From an uncultured Verrucomicrobiae bacterium (lineage in GTDB: Bacteria > Chlamydiota > Chlamydiia > Chlamydiales > Rhabdochlamydiaceae), in assembly GCA_963806855.1 (NCBI GenBank), contig CAWDYW010000001.1:448001-512000 (forward strand): 64,000 nt of DNA. Reading direction: 5' to 3'. The notes under the pieces are model-generated. The model made no database searches. It worked only from the letters and a program-made list of their open reading frames with translations, and was not told where the DNA came from. Made by a program: the position numbers and the translations under genes. Numbering within the stretch: position 1 is the stretch's first letter; each line of letters opens with the position of its first letter. This document shows, in pieces, positions 9,045 through 20,115 of the stretch.

Positions 9045-11036
9045 ATGGATCTTATCGCGTCATTGAAAAGTGCTGACTCTACATCTAAATGGCTGAATTA
9101 TTTTGGTTTAGACCAGTTCAATTCTATAAAGGAGCTTCACTTACTTGAAAGAGTTCGATCAATTTATTTAAGAAATAGTGGTGTCCATCCATCGTCTGTT
9201 AATTTGCGTGTATCTAGCGAGGATAGTTATTTGCAACTAAAGAAAGACGAAAGCTCCATGGAGTATAGCCATTTGCACTTAAATAAACGATTTTTAAATA
9301 AAGACAAAAGCCTCTCAATGGATGTTCACCCTCTTATGCTTATAGAGTCCAAGGACTTGCCTACTTCGCTTATGGAAAAGCTTCAGTCGCAAGAGATGAG
9401 TGAGGAAGTTTTTGAAGAATTACAAGTTTGGGTAGAACAATATTTTGGCATTGAAATTAAGGATAAAAAGGAATTTCAGGATGCGGTCATTTTTTATTCA
9501 GGGATTTGGAAACAACCTGAAATGATTGAAAGAGTTCAAAATCTTTTGGTCGCTAAACACATTCTTGAAGCAAAGACTTACCAAGCAGCATGGAAATGGA
9601 CAGGAGCAATTAATCCGCTGCCATTGATCCTAGTTGCTCCGGTGGGATTTTTGTTCGGATTGGCTATTAGTATAATTGCGGTAATAGCGATTTTTGCAAT
9701 AACAGCGCACGTTATTTTATGTAATCGCAGTAATTCGCGTGGTTTTTTGGATTTTATTCGCAGGACAAAGGACGTAGAAGCTCTTAAAATTGTGTTAGAG
9801 GCATCAGAAGCTGTACAAAGAACAAATGAAGGTTTTTTTTCTAAGTGTATTCCTAGTTTCTTATCATTAAATCCATCTCTAAAAGATCTATTGGCCAAGA
9901 TGGAAGCATTTGCGAAAGAGAAAAATGTTGTATATGAACCATTACCTAAAACGGGATTCGAAAATGAAAACAAAATAAATAACATAAACAAAAACCTCTT
10001 CTTTTATTTTTTGAGGCCAATAAATTTTATTTTTTGGACAACAATGTTTCTAGAAGGCCTTATTGTAGCTTCAGATCCTAGAGGATTTGGCTGGGGGGGG
10101 CCTTATTCTCGAGTGCCTTTATTCCTGGGTGTTTTTAATTTAGCGATTTGTAAAGTATTAAACTCAGTAAATCGTTATTTTAAGGCTGATATTGATCAAA
10201 TATCTCTAGAGCATGAAAAACTTAAGGAAATTGAGGAGCTCCTAACAAAAAGTTATCAAAAAGCTGGAGGAGTTCTAACTTATAAAGATGGAAAAAGGCA
10301 AGGTTTTTATTATAAGGGTCTCTACATTCGATCGGAGTCTCCATTAGATCCAACAGCGCTAAATGGTTACTTCGACGTGCCAACAAAATACGTTGCTGCT
10401 GCTTTCGCAATCCTCTTGTTATTTAATACCAATGTTCTGCAATCAACGAGGGCTTATCTTAGCTCCTTTTGGAATACAATTTCGAAGCCGTCCCAAACTA
10501 TTGTTGATCCACCTCCTCAAATGAAATTCACTCCGAAGGAGGCTACTTCTCCTACAGCCAAAGCGGTCAATGCCTGTGTTTCAAGATTTCTTCATGCCCC
10601 ATCCCTCAATGCCGGACATATTTTTCAATGTCTAGATCCATCAAAACCTCTTGGCTATTATGACAATTCACAGAAGATCAAACAAGCTTATAGAGCATTA
10701 ACCCAATTCCTTCATCCTGACCATGGAGGGAGCAGCCAAGAGATGTATGCATTAAGTGAAGCAAAAGAGAAGTTAAATAAGATAATTACTTCTAAAGCCA
10801 AGGCGGTCAATGATTGTGTTTCAAGATTTCTTGATATGCCATGCGCCTATGCCAGATATATTTTTCAATGTCTAGATCCATCAAAACCTCTTGGCTATTA
10901 TGACAATTCACAGAAGATCGAACAAGCGTATAGTGCATTAACCCAATTCCTTTATCCTGGCCATGGAGGGAGCAGTCAAAAGATGGTTGCGTTAGATGAT
11001 GCGAAAGTGTGCTTAACCGATTTTGTGAATTTTTAA
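9045..11036 (+). CDS. Membrane protein with two tandem C-terminal J-domain-like modules
   Basis: Several hydrophobic segments; IKQAYRALTQFLHPDHGGS followed by a second copy reading LYPGHGGS; DNA repeat with 240-bp period (10556 and 10796). Confidence 0.75.
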   Translation: MDLIASLKSADSTSKWLNYFGLDQFNSIKELHLLERVRSIYLRNSGVHPSSVNLRVSSEDSYLQLKKDESSMEYSHLHLNKRFLNKDKSLSMDVHPLMLIESKDLPTSLMEKLQSQEMSEEVFEELQVWVEQYFGIEIKDKKEFQDAVIFYSGIWKQPEMIERVQNLLVAKHILEAKTYQAAWKWTGAINPLPLILVAPVGFLFGLAISIIAVIAIFAITAHVILCNRSNSRGFLDFIRRTKDVEALKIVLEASEAVQRTNEGFFSKCIPSFLSLNPSLKDLLAKMEAFAKEKNVVYEPLPKTGFENENKINNINKNLFFYFLRPINFIFWTTMFLEGLIVASDPRGFGWGGPYSRVPLFLGVFNLAICKVLNSVNRYFKADIDQISLEHEKLKEIEELLTKSYQKAGGVLTYKDGKRQGFYYKGLYIRSESPLDPTALNGYFDVPTKYVAAAFAILLLFNTNVLQSTRAYLSSFWNTISKPSQTIVDPPPQMKFTPKEATSPTAKAVNACVSRFLHAPSLNAGHIFQCLDPSKPLGYYDNSQKIKQAYRALTQFLHPDHGGSSQEMYALSEAKEKLNKIITSKAKAVNDCVSRFLDMPCAYARYIFQCLDPSKPLGYYDNSQKIEQAYSALTQFLYPGHGGSSQKMVALDDAKVCLTDFVNF

Positions 11037-11044
11037 AAAAATCT

Positions 11045-12505
11045 CTAAGGAAGTATTAGGCGATACCCCTTCATCTCTGCCGTATTGGAATCCTCGAAAG
11101 CATGTGTAGCTCTGAGCATTGCATGAGCGCTATCGAAATCGCTCCAGTCGATGAGAGAGGTATACTTTTGGACAAAATCGAGCGAGCGAATTAGGGCATC
11201 GGGCCGATAATTGTGGGTGAGTGCTTTTAGGGCTGAGATGTAGTTATTGCGAAAGATAGTCGGAATGATGATTCGCGCTTCATCAGCAGCGACGAGCTCT
11301 GCATTCATCATGATCCGTGCGCATCTGCCGTTTCCATCTGTAAAGGGGTGGACCTCTGCAATGAGAAACATCATGTAGACAGCCCGCTTAAATGCCGTAT
11401 TTAATCCTTGAAGCCACTCAAATCCTTTCCGTAAGGTTCCTTCGACAAGATCGGGTTCTACAAAGATGGTAGCTCCTGCGCGGTTTATTGTGGTTTTAAA
11501 GTCGCCGGGATTGACCTCTGGTCGTCCATGCATCAGAAGAGCATGCCGCCTTTTTAAAATGATGAGCAATTCATCTGGGGTTCTTGGAGTTTTTTCCATC
11601 TCCACTAGATCGGAAACAATTTGATATGTTCCCAAAATATCATGAGCATCTGCAGGGCGCCCCTTAGGAATTTTCCCCTCGAAGATAATTTCTGCTGCCT
11701 CTTCCACTAGAAACTCTGTTCCTTCAATGAAATTAGAGAAATAGGCTTCAAAGAAGGGAAGCGCAGAACTAGGATGGTTAGCGCTCCGTTCTGGGGTATC
11801 TGTTGTGGCAAGGGCTTCATATAGTTTTTGGAATAGATCTAGCCTTTTTGAGTCATAGGGTAGCCCTTGTGCTCGAGCAATACCGAGGGGAGATGACATT
11901 GGCATTTGATTGGTTCCTAATAGAGTCCCGATGATCCCATTCAGAATTTTATATTCCTGTTCTAAATCAAGTTGAGGAGCAATTTTCCGCGCATCATCTC
12001 GGAGAGTCTGGAGAGCTTCCGCACCTGCTCTCTGGAGAAGCAGTTCCAACCGTTCTTCAATCTCCTTGCGAGTAAGCGTTCTAGAAATGGCCCCTTCCTT
12101 CCTTCGCCGTTTGCAGAGATTTTCCAAATACGCGCGAGCGGGGGAAGATAGGTAAAGGGTGCTCATAAATGGTCTATCATCTTCTAAAGGGCCATGTCCT
12201 TTTCTCGGATAAATCGAAAGGCCTGGGAGAGAGACCGGACGCTTCTTTTTTGAAACAAGGAAGACAGACCCGTCTGCGGCTGGCCGATGTTCTATAGCTG
12301 TTCTGTCGACAATCACACTCCCTGGGAATAGCTCTCTGATAATAAACCAAACATGCCGTTTGATGAGCGCTTCCGGGGGTTCCGAGAAATTGGTCGTATA
12401 GACGCGGCTGCCTAACCGACGTAGCAATCCCTTTTTAACCGCCTTGGAGACTTGGGAGGCAATGGAAGCATTGGAAACAAAGACCTCTGGAAAGGAAATG
12501 GTCAT
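11045..12505 (-). CDS. Fic protein with an N-terminal winged-helix/AbiEi-like region and an internal inhibitory motif
   Basis: HPFTDGNGRCAR; SNFIEG fits (S/T)xxxE(G/N); N-terminal VSKAVKKGLLRRLGSRVY. Confidence 0.85.
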   Translation of the reverse strand: MTISFPEVFVSNASIASQVSKAVKKGLLRRLGSRVYTTNFSEPPEALIKRHVWFIIRELFPGSVIVDRTAIEHRPAADGSVFLVSKKKRPVSLPGLSIYPRKGHGPLEDDRPFMSTLYLSSPARAYLENLCKRRRKEGAISRTLTRKEIEERLELLLQRAGAEALQTLRDDARKIAPQLDLEQEYKILNGIIGTLLGTNQMPMSSPLGIARAQGLPYDSKRLDLFQKLYEALATTDTPERSANHPSSALPFFEAYFSNFIEGTEFLVEEAAEIIFEGKIPKGRPADAHDILGTYQIVSDLVEMEKTPRTPDELLIILKRRHALLMHGRPEVNPGDFKTTINRAGATIFVEPDLVEGTLRKGFEWLQGLNTAFKRAVYMMFLIAEVHPFTDGNGRCARIMMNAELVAADEARIIIPTIFRNNYISALKALTHNYRPDALIRSLDFVQKYTSLIDWSDFDSAHAMLRATHAFEDSNTAEMKGYRLILP

Positions 12506-12526
12506 TAAGTACCCCTTTTTACCCTA

Positions 12527-12604
12527 TTTTGGCAACTTTTTGGGTTTTAAGGAAGGGTTTTGGCAACTTTTTGGGAACTCGCTGTGATTTTGGCAACTTT
12601 TTGG
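12527..12604. repeat. Three exact 17-bp direct repeats TTTTGGCAACTTTTTGG
   Basis: Copies at 12527-12543, 12558-12574 and 12588-12604, just upstream of the minus-strand Fic gene. Confidence 0.9.
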
Positions 12605-12654
12605 TCTTTTTGACATCCAGCCGTAACTAGTTGGCAATTAGTTAAATAAAATTA

Positions 12655-12683
12655 TTTACTTTTATTATTAATTATAGTACAAT
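12655..12683 (+). promoter_or_regulatory. Sigma66/70-type promoter candidate
   Basis: TTTACT-N17-TACAAT, 7 bp before ATG 12691. Confidence 0.5.
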
Positions 12684-12690
12684 TGTTAAT

Positions 12691-13737
12691 ATGAGTAATA
12701 TAACAGGCTTACTATCAAGGTCTTTATTTTCAATTCCTGTCTATTGGGGAATTGCGCAATTACCCTCGATACAAATAATCAGTTTAGGGTTGACTGTCAT
12801 CTCTTATGGGAAACAGCTGGTCTGGGATTACGATCCAACGATCTCACGCAAATGGAAAGTGTTGCGCTGGATGGCGGGCGGGGCTTTAATCGTTGGGGCA
12901 GTGGCAAGTCTGATTTATGGAAGCACAAATCTGATCAATTTGTCCAGGGGAGCGGGATTGCGCAGGGCCATTTTCTTTGGTGAAAATCCTGGAATTTCAG
13001 CAGAAAAAGATCCATATGAAAGTGCTTACGAAGGTTATTACGAGAAGACGACTCCTATTGAAGGTCTAATGTCTCAAAATCCAGTATGCAAGGAGCGGAT
13101 TCTCTATTTAGCAGCTTCTGCGGAAGTAGATCACAATGGAGCGACTGATCCCTTTCAATCTTTCGGTGACGAAAATTTTGACAAAACCGTTCCCCACTGC
13201 ATTCGTAAATTTTCCGATGTTGTTTATAAGACTATCCGTCATCCATTGCAAATTTGTGAACGAATCCAATCAGCGGCAAAAGAGGGGCCTATTCAAGACC
13301 TATTCATTCATGCACATGGCAATCCATACACAATGGGGCTCAGTAAAAGCTCGAGATTTAAAGTGTTTGATCTTCTTCCTCAAGACTGTTTTGATGGACT
13401 TGCCTCTAATGCTAGAATTTTTATTAATTCATGTAGAACGGGAGCAAATGGATTATCGCAACCCAATATAGCTCAATGGATCTCTTGGATTTCCAATAGA
13501 GAGGTGATCGCATCCGATGATGCGACTGCGGATGTCCGTTGTTTCATTGATCAGTTTGACAATCGATTGAATGTTAAGGAGTTTTATTTTTCTAATGGTT
13601 TCCACTCTTTTCATCTCGCCCAATCTCTGGGTGCGCAAGGGATATTCTTTGCCCAAACTGTCTTAACTGGTCTGATCGGAGTGCGCGTATTCCAGCAAAT
13701 TTGGTCAGTTTTTCAGCGAGGGCGTGCTTTGTTATGA
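12691..13737 (+). CDS. Membrane-anchored protein with a His-Gly/Ser-Cys dyad (clan CD / DUF4347-like), paralog A
   Basis: LFIHAHGNP...IFINSCRTG; hydrophobic segments at both ends. Confidence 0.65.
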   Translation: MSNITGLLSRSLFSIPVYWGIAQLPSIQIISLGLTVISYGKQLVWDYDPTISRKWKVLRWMAGGALIVGAVASLIYGSTNLINLSRGAGLRRAIFFGENPGISAEKDPYESAYEGYYEKTTPIEGLMSQNPVCKERILYLAASAEVDHNGATDPFQSFGDENFDKTVPHCIRKFSDVVYKTIRHPLQICERIQSAAKEGPIQDLFIHAHGNPYTMGLSKSSRFKVFDLLPQDCFDGLASNARIFINSCRTGANGLSQPNIAQWISWISNREVIASDDATADVRCFIDQFDNRLNVKEFYFSNGFHSFHLAQSLGAQGIFFAQTVLTGLIGVRVFQQIWSVFQRGRALL

Positions 13738-14756
13738 GTAATATAACTAGCTTGGTTTCAAGGTCTTTATTTTCTATTCCTGTCTACTGGGGAATTGCGC
13801 AATTGCCCTCGATACAAAAAATCAGTTTAGGGTTGACGGCTCTCTCTTATGGGAAACAACTGGTCTGGGATTATGATCCATCGATCTCGCGCAAATGGAA
13901 AGTGTTGCGCTGGATGGCGGGCGGAGCTTTAATCGTTGGGGCAGTGGCAAGTCTGGTTAATGAAAGCACAACTTTGTTCAATTTGTCCAGGAGCGAGGGA
14001 TTGAGCGGGGCAACTCTCTTTGGTGAAAATCCTGGAATTTCAGCAGAAAAGGATCCTTATGAAAGTGCTTACGAAGGTTATTATGAGAAGTCGACGCCTA
14101 TTGAAGGTCTAATGTCTCAAAATCCAGTATGCAAGGAGCGGGCTCTCTATTTAGCAGCTTCTGCGGAAACAGATCATAATGGAGCGATTGATCCTTTCCT
14201 ATATCGCGGTTTCCCAAATTTTCACACAATCGTTCCCCACTGCCTTCATAAATTTTCCGATGTTGTTTATAAGACTATCCGCCATCCATTGCAAATTTGT
14301 GAACGAATCCAATCAGCGGCAAAAGAGGGGCCTATTCAAGATCTATTCATTAGTGCACATGGAGCTCCTTATGCAATGAGCCTCAGTACAAACTCGACAT
14401 TTAAAGTGTTTGATCTTCTTCCTCAAGACTGTTTTGATGGACTTGCTTCTAAGGCTAGAATATTTCTTGTTTCATGTAGTACGGGAGCAGATGGTTTATG
14501 GCAACCCAACATAGCTCAATGGATCTCTTGGATTTCCAATAGAGAGGTGATCGCGCCCGATATTCCATTTACGACTGCCAGTTGTTTCATTCGTGTGATG
14601 GGTTATCCTTGGAATTTCCACTCTTTTCATCTCGCCCAATCTCTGGGTGCGCAAGGGATATTCTTTGCCCAAACCGTCATGACTGGTTTGGTCGGAGCGC
14701 ATGTATTCCGGCAAGTTTTTCAACTTGGCCGCTCCTTCTATCGTCGCTTTGCTTGA
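13734..14756 (+). CDS. Paralog B of the preceding gene
   Basis: ATG 13734 overlaps the previous stop (ATGA); LFISAHGAP...IFLVSCSTG; high DNA identity to paralog A. Confidence 0.7.
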   Translation: MSNITSLVSRSLFSIPVYWGIAQLPSIQKISLGLTALSYGKQLVWDYDPSISRKWKVLRWMAGGALIVGAVASLVNESTTLFNLSRSEGLSGATLFGENPGISAEKDPYESAYEGYYEKSTPIEGLMSQNPVCKERALYLAASAETDHNGAIDPFLYRGFPNFHTIVPHCLHKFSDVVYKTIRHPLQICERIQSAAKEGPIQDLFISAHGAPYAMSLSTNSTFKVFDLLPQDCFDGLASKARIFLVSCSTGADGLWQPNIAQWISWISNREVIAPDIPFTTASCFIRVMGYPWNFHSFHLAQSLGAQGIFFAQTVMTGLVGAHVFRQVFQLGRSFYRRFA

Positions 14757-14769
14757 AGTTCTTCTATGA

Positions 14770-16516
<1,747 letters not shown>

Positions 16517-16520
<4 letters not shown>

Positions 16521-16804
16521 AAAAAACGTTTAGGGATTTAGCGAAGACGAAGAGTCAAAGATGGGCCCAGGCTCGCAAGAGCGGTGAGAAACCGGTCCTG
16601 GAAGGGCTGGGCGTTTTTGGGATCATCGGATGGTCGGTGGTGATCCCGCTGCTGCTGGGCATCATGCTGGGAGTGTGGCTTAAATCTTACATCTGGACGC
16701 TGATCTTTTTAATTGCAGGTCTAGTGCTAGGTTGCATTTTAGCTTGGAAATTATCTATAAGAGAAATAACACCTAAGGATAAAAAAAATGGGAAACCTAA
16801 GTAG
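16517..16804 (+). CDS. atpQ: N-ATPase AtpQ (AtpI/AtpZ-like membrane subunit)
   Basis: GLGVFGIIGWSVVIPLLLG; third gene in the atpDCQRBEFAG order. Confidence 0.8.
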
Positions 16805-17057
16805 TCTTGCTCTCGCTTTAGCGACTGGGTTGTCTGTGGGCTATTTTTACTTTTATGGTTTACATTGGACTGTCCGAAAAGCCTCTTCTTTTAAAAGGCC
16901 CATCCTCCTGTTTATTTCGAGTTTTTTTATCAGAACCGCTTGCGCCGGATGCATTTTTTACTTTGTCGGTAACGGAGATTTTATTAATTATGCCCTCATT
17001 TTGCTCGGATTTATTGTGTCGAGATTTATCTTTTTTAAGGTGCGTCGAATCACATGA
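16788..17057 (+). CDS. atpR: N-ATPase AtpR
   Basis: GYFYFYGLHWTVRK, SFFIR and GFIVSR with intramembrane Arg residues; operon position. Confidence 0.8.
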   Translation: MGNLSSLALALATGLSVGYFYFYGLHWTVRKASSFKRPILLFISSFFIRTACAGCIFYFVGNGDFINYALILLGFIVSRFIFFKVRRIT

Positions 17058-17704
17058 ACATTACCCCAGATGATATCATCATTTTTCACAAGATCAATGC
17101 GACAATTTTGATGACTTGGATCAATATTGTCACTCTGGGACTATTGGGATGGATTGCCGGCCGCAGCAAATGGTTAGAGACAGTTTTCGATAGTCTAATC
17201 GACTACATGATCAGGCAGCTGAATGAAATTGGACTCCGCAATCCAGAAAAGTATATCCCGCTGCTCTGCAGTCTATTTCTCTTTATTACCTGGAGCGGGG
17301 TCTTGAGCATCGTCCCCGGTTATATCCCTCCGACGGGCTCTTTATCGACGACAGTGGCTCTGGCGATCACGGTGTTTATCGCCGTCCCTTATTTTTCTAT
17401 TTCAGAGAAGGGGTTTTGGGGCTACTTGAAAAACTACGTTCAGCCGTCGATTTTTGTCCTGCCCTTCCATATATTGAGCGAATTGACTCGGACAATCGCC
17501 TTGGCCGTGCGCCTTTTTGGGAATATGATGAGCGGCACCTTTGCGATCACCGTCATCATCGGCATCGTTCCCTTTTTTTTCCCGGTGTTATTTAATTTTC
17601 TCGGGCTCATTGTCAGCCTGATCCAAGCTTATATTTTTACTGTGCTCGCCTGCTTCTACATTGCAGCGGCTGCGCAAACTCATGAATTAAAACAAGGAAG
17701 TTAA
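17054..17704 (+). CDS. atpB: ATP synthase subunit a
   Basis: PPTGSLSTT, ALAVRLFGNM and IQAYIF motifs. Confidence 0.93.
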   Translation: MNITPDDIIIFHKINATILMTWINIVTLGLLGWIAGRSKWLETVFDSLIDYMIRQLNEIGLRNPEKYIPLLCSLFLFITWSGVLSIVPGYIPPTGSLSTTVALAITVFIAVPYFSISEKGFWGYLKNYVQPSIFVLPFHILSELTRTIALAVRLFGNMMSGTFAITVIIGIVPFFFPVLFNFLGLIVSLIQAYIFTVLACFYIAAAAQTHELKQGS

Positions 17705-17706
17705 CG

Positions 17707-17973
17707 ATGGACTCAAAAACAATTATCGCCGTTGTGTCGCTGATTATATCTGGCCTGACGATGGCCATAGGATCAATAGGCCCAGCACTTGCCGAGGGGA
17801 GGGCAATCGACGCAGCCTTAAGGTCGATCGCGCAGCAACCCGATGTGGCTGCTTCGATCACCCGGACCCTCTTTGTCGGTCTGGCGATGATCGAATCGAT
17901 CGCCATCTATTGCTTGGTGATTGCGATCATCATCCTTTTTGCCAATCCATTCTGGAACGCCTATGCTCATTGA
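17707..17973 (+). CDS. atpE: ATP synthase subunit c
   Basis: GPALAEG...AQQP...MIESIAIY. Confidence 0.95.
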   Translation: MDSKTIIAVVSLIISGLTMAIGSIGPALAEGRAIDAALRSIAQQPDVAASITRTLFVGLAMIESIAIYCLVIAIIILFANPFWNAYAH

Positions 17974-18652
17974 CTGGTTTGTCGTCGCAGCTCAGATTGT
18001 CAATTTCATCATTGTGATTGTGGTGCTGAAAATTTTCCTCTACAAACCGGTATTGGATAAAATCCATCAGCGGCAGAAGAAAATCAGCGATGAGCTACAA
18101 GATGCGGAGGCAAAACAAAAAAAGGCGAAGGCTCTCTTAAACAAAATGGAGCAGCAAAACAATGAGTTTGAACTGAAGAAAAAGGCCGAAAAAAAGCAGT
18201 TAGAAGAAAAAATAGACCTTTTGCATCGCCAACTGCTCGAGAATGCAAAGAGTGATGTGGCAAAACAAAGACAAGAATGGATCGATGATCTGAAACGGGA
18301 AGAAGAAGAGACCTACCGGGAATTTAAAAAACGGATCGTCGATGAGCTATTTGCCATTATCAGAACCTCGATCGAGTCGCTGGCCCATCTTTCCCTCGAA
18401 GAGGCCATTATCGGAGTCTTCTTGGCCCAAATGAAAGATCAACAGCTACCCCCATCTGCCCAGGTTCAAATCCATACTGCTTTAGAGATCCCTCTAGCTG
18501 TCCGTGAAAAAATTGAGGCCGCCTTGAACCTTCCCATCGAGTATGTAGTCAAACCTCAGCTGATCGCCGGGATCGAGCTCTGTATCGATGGAAAGAAATG
18601 GTCCTGGAATGTTGAAGATTATCTATCGAACCTGCAGAGATCGCTCGTATGA
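17963..18652 (+). CDS. atpF: N-ATPase subunit b with a C-terminal delta-like extension
   Basis: MLIDWFVVAAQIVNF...FLYKPV; coiled coil; C-terminal LIAGIEL...WSWNVEDYL. Start taken at ATG 17963. Confidence 0.88.
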   Translation: MLIDWFVVAAQIVNFIIVIVVLKIFLYKPVLDKIHQRQKKISDELQDAEAKQKKAKALLNKMEQQNNEFELKKKAEKKQLEEKIDLLHRQLLENAKSDVAKQRQEWIDDLKREEEETYREFKKRIVDELFAIIRTSIESLAHLSLEEAIIGVFLAQMKDQQLPPSAQVQIHTALEIPLAVREKIEAALNLPIEYVVKPQLIAGIELCIDGKKWSWNVEDYLSNLQRSLV

Positions 18653-20115
18653 ATGGCCCCATTAAACAGATCGTCTCCTCCACTTTAGATTCGCTGCAGA
18701 AAAAAGAAGAGGCCCACTTAGGTGAAAAAAATGTAGGCGTCGTCATCGCCGTGCTAAACGGCGTGGCGATTGTCAAGGGTTTGCGGTGGGTTGGATTTGA
18801 TGAGCTGGTCATCATTGACGGCAAGTACACAGGCTTTGCCTTTCAACTCCAGGAGGATCAGGTTGGAGTGGTGCTGCTCGACGATAGCTCGCTGATCTCG
18901 GCTGGCATGGAAGCTGAGCGGCTCGATCGGATCATCGATGTCCCCGTTGGAGAAGAGTTGATCGGACGGGTGATCGACGGTAAGGGAAATCCGCTCGATG
19001 AAAAAGGGGCAATCCAAACAGAGAATCGGGCCCCCATTTATCGGGAGGCGGCGGCTATTATCGATCGACAAGCGGTGACGGTGCCACTGCAAACCGGGAT
19101 CAAAGTGATCGATGCGATTATCCCGATCGGACATGGGCAGCGGGAACTGATCCTCGGCGACAAGCAGACTGGGAAAACCTCCATCGCCATCGACATGATC
19201 GTCAATCAAAAAGATACAGATGTCATCTGCGTCTACTGCTCCATCGGCCAGCGGCTCTCCTCGGTCGCCAAAGTGATCGACGATCTCAAGAGCAAAGATG
19301 CGATGAAAAATACGATCGTCGTCGTCGCAGGTGGAGAGCAGAGCCCGGGACTACGCTATATCACCCCCTACGCAGCGACCAGCATCGCCGAATATTTCAC
19401 CTACAAAGGCAAGAAAACCCTCATTATCTATGACGATTTGACGAGTCACGCTGGTGCCTACCGGGAGCTATCGCTATTGCTCAGAAGACCACCGGGGCGT
19501 GAGGCCTATCCGGGTGACATCTTTTATATCCATGCGAAATTGCTGGAGCGGGCGACCCATTTGTCAGAAGCGCTCGGCGGAGGCTCGATGACCGCTATTC
19601 CCATTGCCACCACCAAAACGCAGGATATTGCCGCCTACATCCCCACCAACCTCATCTCGATCACCGATGGGCAAATTTTCCTTTCTACCGATCTCTTTGA
19701 GCGGGGGAACTTGCCGGCGATAGACATTGGGAAATCGGTCTCTCGAGTCGGCGGGAAGGCTCAAATTGGCGTCTATCGAGAGATCACGAGAAGTTTAAAA
19801 TTGAGAATTGCTCAGTTTGAAGAGCTCGAGGTATTTGCTCGCTTTGAAGCGCAGCTCGATGAAGCCACCCAGGCGATCTTGAATCATGGCAAGCGGATTC
19901 GTTGGTGCTTGACCCAAAAGCGGCTCGATCCTTTAGATGTAAAGATGCAGATTCTGATTCTTCTGACATCTCTTGAAGGGTTGCTCGATAAAATCCCTCT
20001 GGATCAGCTGCCTGAAGTGGAAGCGAAGATCAGAGAGGTGCAGATCCCCGATACATTACTGAACACTCCAGAGTTTAAAAAGTCGCTCCTCAAATTAGTC
20101 CGAGAAGTCCTATGA
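18649..20115 (+). CDS. atpA: ATP synthase alpha subunit
   Basis: GQRELILGDKQTGKT, RRPPGREAYPGD and SITDGQIFL motifs. Confidence 0.95.
   Translation: MNGPIKQIVSSTLDSLQKKEEAHLGEKNVGVVIAVLNGVAIVKGLRWVGFDELVIIDGKYTGFAFQLQEDQVGVVLLDDSSLISAGMEAERLDRIIDVPVGEELIGRVIDGKGNPLDEKGAIQTENRAPIYREAAAIIDRQAVTVPLQTGIKVIDAIIPIGHGQRELILGDKQTGKTSIAIDMIVNQKDTDVICVYCSIGQRLSSVAKVIDDLKSKDAMKNTIVVVAGGEQSPGLRYITPYAATSIAEYFTYKGKKTLIIYDDLTSHAGAYRELSLLLRRPPGREAYPGDIFYIHAKLLERATHLSEALGGGSMTAIPIATTKTQDIAAYIPTNLISITDGQIFLSTDLFERGNLPAIDIGKSVSRVGGKAQIGVYREITRSLKLRIAQFEELEVFARFEAQLDEATQAILNHGKRIRWCLTQKRLDPLDVKMQILILLTSLEGLLDKIPLDQLPEVEAKIREVQIPDTLLNTPEFKKSLLKLVREVL

Noticed and set aside
12527..12604. Mini CRISPR array
   Set aside because: Repeats of 17 bp and spacers of 13-14 bp are too short, and no cas genes are in the window.
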